Assembly: GCA_051294375.1 (NCBI GenBank)
Contig: CM119269.1
Span: 13,362,790 to 13,426,789, forward strand
Direction: 5' to 3'
Length of the DNA stretch: 64,000 nt
Origin: Paraspadella gotoi
Lineage: Eukaryota > Animalia > Chaetognatha
Part shown: in pieces, positions 55,428-64,000 of the stretch
Position numbering within the stretch: the first letter of the stretch is position 1
How the letters are laid out: each line of letters starts with the position of its first letter
Made by a program: the position numbers and the translations under genes
The notes under the pieces: generated by a model
Databases searched by the model: none
The model's input: only the letters and a program-made list of their open reading frames with translations
What the model was told of the DNA's origin: nothing

Positions 55428-56973
55428 ACTGATTGTGCGACTTTCTCATTAATTGGTTGATTGATTCATTAATTCATTGATTGATGGGCCGATTAACTAA
55501 CTGGTTAATTTATTGATGTATTGTAAATCGATTTGATGATAGATAGAAGACGAAAAATAAATGAGAGAGGAAGGGTTTAGAGAGAGAGACCGGTGGTAAG
55601 TCGCCTCACTGTGTTAATTTAAATCAAAAACCTCACCTGCGATAGAGCCAGCAGCGAGTTGTCGCGGAGGCGACGCGGTTCCTTGCCGACTCCTCCAGGA
55701 TGTGAGCCACACCGACTCCTTTGCGAAGACCCGCCGGCGGAGGGCGTCCCGTGAGCACAAAACGTCTAGCAGGAATGAATTTTATCATTGAACTAATTTG
55801 CTTTTTGATGAATGTTCACAGTGCAGACTGCGAGAAAAATTCAACCTATTTACTGCAGTGACGAACCTTATTAGTTTTTAACAATGACCATTTTAAAGTT
55901 TAAATATTAAATATTACTCGCATATCGACAATAGCGCCCTTTGTAAACCCTAGCACTCCCAAAAAATTATCATAAGGAGTGCTCTTTTCATACTATTGAA
56001 ACATTCTTTGAAATTTTAAGCCACTTCATTGATAGGGAAGCAGGACTCAGGGAGTGAATGAACGAGACTGAGAGTGATGAAAGCTTGAATGGACCTGCTA
56101 TCTTATAATAGTGATGGAGGCCTTAAACCACCAAAGCCTGTCCAAAGTCAGGAGCAAATAGCTTATTTATTAAATAAATGGATAATTTTTATATTGGTTT
56201 TGTGGATAGATGATGCCGCGAGCAGTTCACCTCCGTTGCGAGGTATGAAATACTACCGCTACAGTTGACTAATTTCATACATTAAAAAAGTTTGTGGAAA
56301 CCTGCAAAGTTTCTTATTGTTATTCCGGTTTTTTTTTTTTTCAGGTGTAACGTATAGATCTCCCTCGCCACTTGGTGGCGCACCGCTTCCGGTTTAATAT
56401 AAGAACATTTGCTCTTAGAAATAAAACGTTCCAGGTTGATAAATCTTTTATTTTTAAGTTATTTTGTGGATAACCATAAAATTCTAATTCATTTATATTT
56501 TTATGTATATATTATATAACATCCATTACTAAACATTTTAATTATTTCTAAAAAGATTTTTTAAAAATTCAAATAATCTAAAATTGTTTCATAATCGTAT
56601 TTAGATTTTAGATAACTTTTCTCCTTAGAAATGCAAAGTCTCTCCTCTTTCTTTTTAAGACACAAAATGAATGTTTGACCACATTTTGACTTATTATATT
56701 TATTATTTTCGCCATTATTTATTTACAGTAATCTTTCGTGTCTTACGACTTATTACTGCGATTCACATTTTTAGATGGAGTTTTAAATTTTATAGTACTG
56801 CTAAAGGATAAAACGAAAATTTTACTAAATATTACGAGCATACAGACAGAGATTTAATAAAAACAACCAAAAGAAAAATAGCAGGATATACGAGTACGAA
56901 CTTAAAAATTTCAAGCTTGATCAAGATTAGAATAATGTTACAATACTGAAATGCTGTCTTCAATTTTTAACCC

Positions 56974-59262
56974 TTATACATGTAGAATGATAATTAACGC
57001 GGGTAAAATAATAAATACCAACATGAGGAGTTGGCAAAAATCGTGAGGAATCATCGATCCAAAAGGTAAAACTGCGGTCGAATCTAGAAACTAAGTCCTT
57101 GAAATGAGAGTGGAGAAATCCACACATTTGGTAAGGATTATAGGGACTGTGGTGTTCGTACAACATTGTAGTGGCATTGCCATGGTGTGCATAGAGTTAA
57201 AAAAACTTCTCATTAAGATGTGCTTTATAAACGGATAGTCTCGATAACTAGTGAGGTTTTTCGGTTTTGATTGAATTTTCGTAATCCTCAAACTAACGTA
57301 TAAACCCGCGTAAAAATATAGAGAAAAGAAAAATAAAAATTAATTTAAGAAAAAATCGCGTCTTTCGTTTTTAACTTTAATCGTAAAAAGCGAAATAAAA
57401 AAAAAGGGAAAACGAGAGACAAAAGTAGAAAAAAAAATTTTCGTTGAGTGGCGTAATAAACGTAAAAATCTAATTATCATTTCCGGTCGAAAAAAAAAGG
57501 GTCCGGACTTGGTAAGTTTCTTTCATGAGGCACATATTTTTAAGCGATAGCTTGTCTATGCATTTTGTCCTCGAATGCCAGAATATGTCAAGAATGGGAC
57601 GAATAGCTAAAAATTAACGGACAATATAACTGGGGCAAATGTTTTAAGTTTCCTTTGAGCGTAAAATAACATTCTTTTAACAAAATTAAAATAAAGAAAG
57701 AATAGCCAATTGAAAAAAACTCGAATTTATAAATCCACTCTTCGATATTCTTTCCGTTTTTGCTTCAGCTGGTTGTTTTATGACATTTTTTTTCATATTC
57801 GCCCAACCAATCAAAACTACAAAAAATAAAAGACATTCAAATGCTACCGAGTACTGAACCATCTGTTCTTGAATTTAAAGAAACAATACGAGTAAATCGA
57901 GTAAGTAAATAATATTTTCTGAAAAAAACGAAATAAACAATTTATCGTACGAGTAAAGTAATTTATTGTTTCCGTAATAAATAAATAAAAAAATTTTGTA
58001 AATTCCAAATCATTGTAATAATTGAACTATTTAGATATGCATATAGTATCAAGATATTGGGGATAGTTGATTTTCCGGCTGCCGACAAGGGTCGAACTTC
58101 ACTCCCATTTCCAAACATGAAGATATCTGCAACTTCTGGCGGAAAATATTATTGGCGTTCGAAATTATCCAGTTTCTCGCATACTCGATACTCAACTCGT
58201 CCAAATAATAAATCATATTTCGAATGAACTTTATAATTTGAGACCAAAGACAAAATAAACAAATGAAAAAAGATGATAATCATTCTCTGAGAGATGTCGT
58301 TGCCGACTGCCTAACTTTTTTTGATAATTAGAAACGCAAATTGTTTCTGGCCAAATTGTAGAAAATTTAAGTTCGGAAAAGAAAAAACACGGAGCAGCAA
58401 AAATGGCCGAAACTAAGAAGCACAATGAGTTACAGCAACAGTGGGAGTAAATCAAATAAAAGGCCGAGTCCGAGTCCAATGCTGCTTTGATGCTTCCCAA
58501 AAATCCGCTTGCTAATTGAGATGACCAATCTCCTTTGCAACAAGCGTTGTACTACTCGAGTCTGAAAAGACCAAGCTCGCCAAAGATGTCGATGACATCG
58601 CCATCGAGATAAAGTGCGGAAATTCGTGATTTTCCAAACTGCAGCTGTAGGTATGCAGAGGATTATGAAATTGATCGTCTCAGTCATCTCACAAGAACAA
58701 TCAAATTTGTTTTGTTTTCGCATTTTGCCGTTTCGGTTTACGTAAGCACGTTTCCGGTTATCTCTTAAATTTGTCAACATCTTTCATAGATACCAAGCTA
58801 GGTAAACATAGTTGCCGATCGGACAAAACTATTGTCAAAATTCCGACGCCGTTTGAAGAAGCAGTTGTGGAAGGATTCGAGCAGACATGAATCAGTTTAT
58901 ATGAAACAGATCCTCTTAAAGTTGATAGTATTTTCCGTCTCCGAATTTTTTGTCAAGTAATGATCGAAGGAGATAGGAATCGTTGCCAATCCAATCACGT
59001 GAAATATAATGGTCAAAAAACTTTGCCAAGGCTTGAGCCAGATCTTGGTGAAACGGTTTTTCATGTCTCCGATTATTGCTAAGCCATACGCCATTGATAC
59101 TATGGAGTGCAGTAAAAAAACGGTTTAAAAATGAAAAACCCAAAACGTTTGTACCAGAGCTGGTCCGAATAATGTGGATATAAATTGTGTATAAGTCTGT
59201 TCGATATCGGTAACAGCGAGGCCAGTTGTTACAATAAATTTCAACAGTGCATAGATCGCCAT
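56974..59262 (-). pseudogene. Heavily frameshifted duplicate of the XK-related ORF
   Basis: Collinear with 40963-43278; the ORF is broken into short pieces by 1-bp indels, many in homopolymers. Confidence 0.75.
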
Positions 59263-62078
59263 TTTCCTTTAAAAACAAATACCAATATGTTTGTGTTTTA
59301 ACCTTTTTAATTTTTATTATTTCATTACACGAAAAAATCCAAAATTTCGTGAAAAAAATTAACTTTAAAGCTGACGACAACGAATCTCTAATAGAGAAAT
59401 ATAAATCGATCGATCGATAGGTAGATCATTATGATCTCGTCATTGATAACTTGAAGTTCAGGCAAAGGTTTGAACATTTAAACATCTCCGAGGCAAGGAA
59501 TCAAGCAATGAATCAAGACGGCCACCTCAGTGTGCACAAAAAAAATTAAATAGATATTGGACCCTTTCCAGCTCAATGCTTTGATAGTATGTCTCCTTTC
59601 CCAAAAATACCCCTTTCTGTTCCTTAATACCTAAATTAAATTTAATCTGAAATTAAACCCTATCTGTTACCCAAACTTATTATCTATCTTAATTCTAACC
59701 CTAATCCCAAACCATATCTATCCTTGACCTAAAGCCTATACACTCTTTGAAGTTTAGTAATCGTTCATACTATAATTAGTAAAGAATGTATTTTTTTTCT
59801 AATACTCTACACTATGTAGTAGTATCATCAATTTATACATATTAATTCTTATCAGTCAAGGATACTGCAATATATAGGACAGGTTATTGTCCCCTAAATG
59901 TAGAGGCAAACCGAAAGTTTAAATGTCGCGAGCTGAAGAGAAACCGCGGACTAAGCAAAGGTCGGGCTCTGTCTATAACATTTATGATAAACCTCGGAAT
60001 TCTCTTTCGTTTTTCTCAACAATCCTCTTATCGCTCATCATGATTCATCTGACTCGATTTATCCGGTCCGTTTTTGAAGTCATGTGGTAAAAGATATCGT
60101 TAAATTTACGTAGTTTTACATAGTTACTTTTAATATCAAAAAATTTTAAAGATCATATTATATTATTTTTATTTATTCATGATATAAAATTATATATATT
60201 TTTAAGCGACATCATCATTTATTATAATGAATCTATTTATGTAGAATCTATTTATGAGATACGTTCATACAAAATTTTATTGAAATTGTTTAAGAATTTT
60301 TAGTTAAAATTTTTTATTAATTTGGAAATTTAAATTTTGACCTTATTTAAAAGCCAAAACAAAAAATTTAATGTAATTTATTTTGATTTAAGTAGGCTGG
60401 CTGAATAACAGCTTGTTTTTTTACAAGAAATCCTAATTTTTTAAACCGGAACTGGTTCGACGCAAAAATGACTCTATGAAAAGCATCCAGATAAATTTTT
60501 TAGGGTGATATTCATTTTATGCACTAAATTTGGCGTAAGAAACTTTGCTAGTATCAATAACTTTCAAAAATGTATGATATTTCTGGGTTCTCTATTACCC
60601 GAAGTACTGAAATTAAAAGTAAAAATGCCAAACCACTAATAGTATCCTAAGAGCCCCTGCTGCATCCTTGCTCATTTTCACGGATTCACCTGCTGAGCAA
60701 CTTGACCCTCGGCGCTCGTCCAGTTGCGGCACCGGAAATGAGACGCCATCTTTGGAAGGCTTGGATTCTCCATCTAGGATCGAGGCGATGTCGCCCTCCT
60801 CACTCATGTAACCGCGCATAAAGGAGTCGCGGACTTTTGGGTAAGGAAACTCGGAGGGGACGCCGCGGTTGACGGTGACCATCTGAAGGGTAAGGTGGGT
60901 AAGGGGGAAGGGACAAATGTGCAAATCAAATCGATGTTGGAATTTGGGGCTTTTCTCCATTGAGAAAGAGAGAGGGAAATTAATTAGGAGTCTACGTCGT
61001 TCTTAGAAATCCGAGGAAGACTTTTTCAATGGAGAATTTTTGTTAAAATCTGACTACCAAAAATGTCAACGCCCCTGGGAAAAATTCGGTAAAAAATAGA
61101 TGTAAAAAACAGTCGATTCCGATCCTGTTACATCTGAAGGGCTCGCATTTTTTTCTCTTGACAAATAACCATCATTTTGACATCGAACCATCCAATTCAA
61201 ATGGACTGGTCCGCTCGGGAAAATATTTTTTATGCAATTTTTATATATAAAATAAAGGGATTTCTCAACTTCAATACCATGTCAACGCATTTAAGGTATG
61301 TTGTCATTTTACATTTTTCAACTTCAAATTCAGGAATCCGATAGCAATATGTCTGAAGGGCTCTCAAAATTTTTCTTTACATTTCATTTGGTTATTTTAA
61401 TATGATACGATCATGGTAAAGTGAATTAGTCCATTTTGGTGAAATTTTTATTTAAAGTAAAAGTAAAAGAGGAGCTAACGATCGAATTCTAAGAGTTTTC
61501 AACCGGGAGTCAGATTCGGAAAAAATCTTATATGGTGAAAATCTTCCAAAGAAGGGGTGGATTTTCGGAAGATTTTGGTTAATATTTTCTATATTTATGG
61601 TCGGATTTTTTGAAACTTAAAAATAGCAATATTGCCATCATTCTACATTGGCCTGTCAAAGAATATATTAAAAAAACATCTGACTTTTTTCGTCAGAGCT
61701 TAGTCCTAATATAATATGAGATATTGGAAATGGGTTTACTTCTCTATCTAACAAGAAAACCTTAAATGTAATTTGTCAATATTTACTCTTTACTGTTCGA
61801 CTATTCGATTTCAAGCAACGAGGATTGTATTAGTTACACAATTAACTTGATTTTCTTATATTTAATCATTGATTGAAAACAGTGACCGGAAACAGTAAGG
61901 TTTATTACGGATAAATCTTTAGTACAATAACATAATTGAGCTCATCTTATGTACAAAAAATAAAATACCATGAAATTCAATGAATGACATAAATGATAAA
62001 ATTCATTGCACATTTTCTTTGGCAAAAAAAAATCAAATTCGAATATTTAAACGATTCATTGCGTCATTTATTGCGTCA

Positions 62079-63458
62079 TTATCTCATTTCATCCGATATC
62101 GGAGTCGTCTTCCTTAAACTTCTCCAGGTCATAACGACGATTTTGACGACCGAAGCGACGACGGCCACCACGAGCAGCGCGAGGGTGTGCTGCTTCAAAG
62201 GATCCTCAATGTCGTAGTTGCGCGCCAAACTGCCCGTCAACGCCCATATCAACGTCAAGTGGGGTGCGAGAAGGTGACGCGTCCAGCGATCGAGAAAGAT
62301 GAGATCGACCAGAACCCAAGTCACTGAAATTAAGTGAAACAGGAAGTAGTATTGCCATATCGCTGCATTCACAACATGTATTGTTTCGTGTCACAATTCA
62401 CAACGTTAGCTCACCGATGATCGCGGTGAGAACTCCCAGAGACGCGAAGCAGGAAGTTTGCATTGAGACTTCGTGAACATAATGCAACATCATTGCTAAT
62501 TCAAGTTAGTAGCCACCTGAATGCAAAACAATATTTAAAATTAATTAAATTCAAATAATTGTTAAATAGAAAGAAAATTAAAACCCTTGAATTTACCGTG
62601 CACCATGTGGCGTAAACGCCCAAAGCATTGATGTGCAGAATCCAAACATCGCGACGTCGCGAGACAAACCATATTTTCTGCCAATGAAAAGAATATTTCA
62701 TTTCATGAGATAATTTATTCGTCACGAATTCCGATTTTTTCAAATCGCAAACCTCAAAGCGGGAGTTACGTTGGCGAGTCTCAAAGTAGAGAACAGAATA
62801 GTGAGATAGAGAGAGAGTGCTGTCAAGAGTAGAACCACGAACGCCCCCGTGATTTCCTCGGCGTCGAAGACAAAGAGCCAAGTGAAGGTGAGGACGAAAG
62901 CGAGACCGGAAGAGAGGTAAGTCCAAACGGAGATGGGACCGGGACTCAGGTACAGATAGTTGTCGATGCCTTAATGGATTTCAATCAATATATATTTTAT
63001 TGTTAATAGCTTTTACGTATCAAGTAAGAAAGTTTGCTTGCTAACCCTTTCTAAAAATAGCGGCGAGACCGTAGATAAGCCACAAAAAATTCCAGAAAAA
63101 AATGAGACCCCAGATGGAAAAGGTCCAACCCATGGAGTTATTTGCAAGTCGTATTTGTCCGATTGATTTCCTGGGCTACTGTTGAACAACGTTCCCACCT
63201 GGGAACATAAAAATGGAGATAAAAGGGAAAGAAATTCCTTTATTAGTTTATTAAAAATTATAAAGCAATCTAATAAACTGAGGTGACATTCATTTATTTA
63301 CCAAAAGATTTGCTCCAGCGTTCATGATTATGTTAAGGATGTAAAGGATCAAAGAAGCAATTGGTGACGCCAACGATGATGGGTTTGTGACTTAACGCCA
63401 TGTTATTGACAAGAGCCTTGTTTGACGAGTTATACTCTGGCGATTTTAGGTCAGACAT
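62079..63458 (-). CDS. Duplicate of membrane protein P1 (with indels)
   Basis: Collinear with 46117-47501. Confidence 0.65.
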
Positions 63459-63674
63459 TTTTGCGTCTTGAAAAGTTACGTTTGTAGGTATTTTTTTAAA
63501 TATAATTTTCCTGAAAATAATGATTTTGACTTTCATAGTTTTCATGGCGCATAATAAGTGTATTTAGATTTCACAAGAACAGATATTATTTATCAGTTAA
63601 ATATACATAAATTGTCCACTGTCCGCATAAAATGTCCATGTCCACAGTCCAGTTTCCAAAATTTACTATTGCGA

Positions 63675-63956
63675 TTACAGAAAAAACTTTAGGAAAAACA
63701 TATTTTTGTGTTTACGACATTTTTTAATGACACTGGCGCCCCCTTGGATCGACCTCGCCAGATCATGACGAAGATCTTGACAACGGAGGCGACGACGCGA
63801 GAGGACGAGCAGCGCGAGGGTGTGTTGCTTCAAAGGATCCTCCAGGTCGAAGTGCCGCATCAAACTGCCCGTCAACGCCCAGACGAGGGTAGATGCGGAC
63901 TCAGGAGATGACGGACCATCGATCGAGAAAAATGAGATCGATCAGAACCCAAGTCA
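63675..63956 (-). CDS. Duplicate of the last exon of P2 with a different 3' end
   Basis: Matches ~48003-48226 and then diverges from copy 1. Confidence 0.55.
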
Positions 63957-64000
63957 CTGGGGGGAAATTTATTATTTATTTATTATTATCTTAATTACTA

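Overview
Eukaryotic (invertebrate animal) genomic DNA: AT-rich introns, CpG-rich exons, many (GA)n microsatellites and several N gaps. From left to right it holds the 5' exons of a vesicular GABA/glycine transporter (VGAT/SLC32A1, minus), a 5-exon liprin-beta (plus), and the 3' half of the sodium leak channel NALCN (minus, ~17.2-44.9 kb, from the DII-III linker to the C-terminus; DI-DII lie beyond the window). NALCN introns hold at least six other genes: a 10-exon DAO/DadA-like flavoprotein, two paralogous small cysteine-rich signal-peptide/GPI-like proteins (antisense), an intronless XK-related protein, and probably two tandem multi-pass membrane paralogues. This NALCN has Glu, not Lys, at the domain III filter position, and unusual S6 substitutions. 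Bases 49143-64000 are an indel-rich second copy of ~35153-48270, probably an unpolished haplotig, which carries two transposon insertions absent from copy 1. Gene models were assembled by hand from splice signals and remembered homology; no database search was run.
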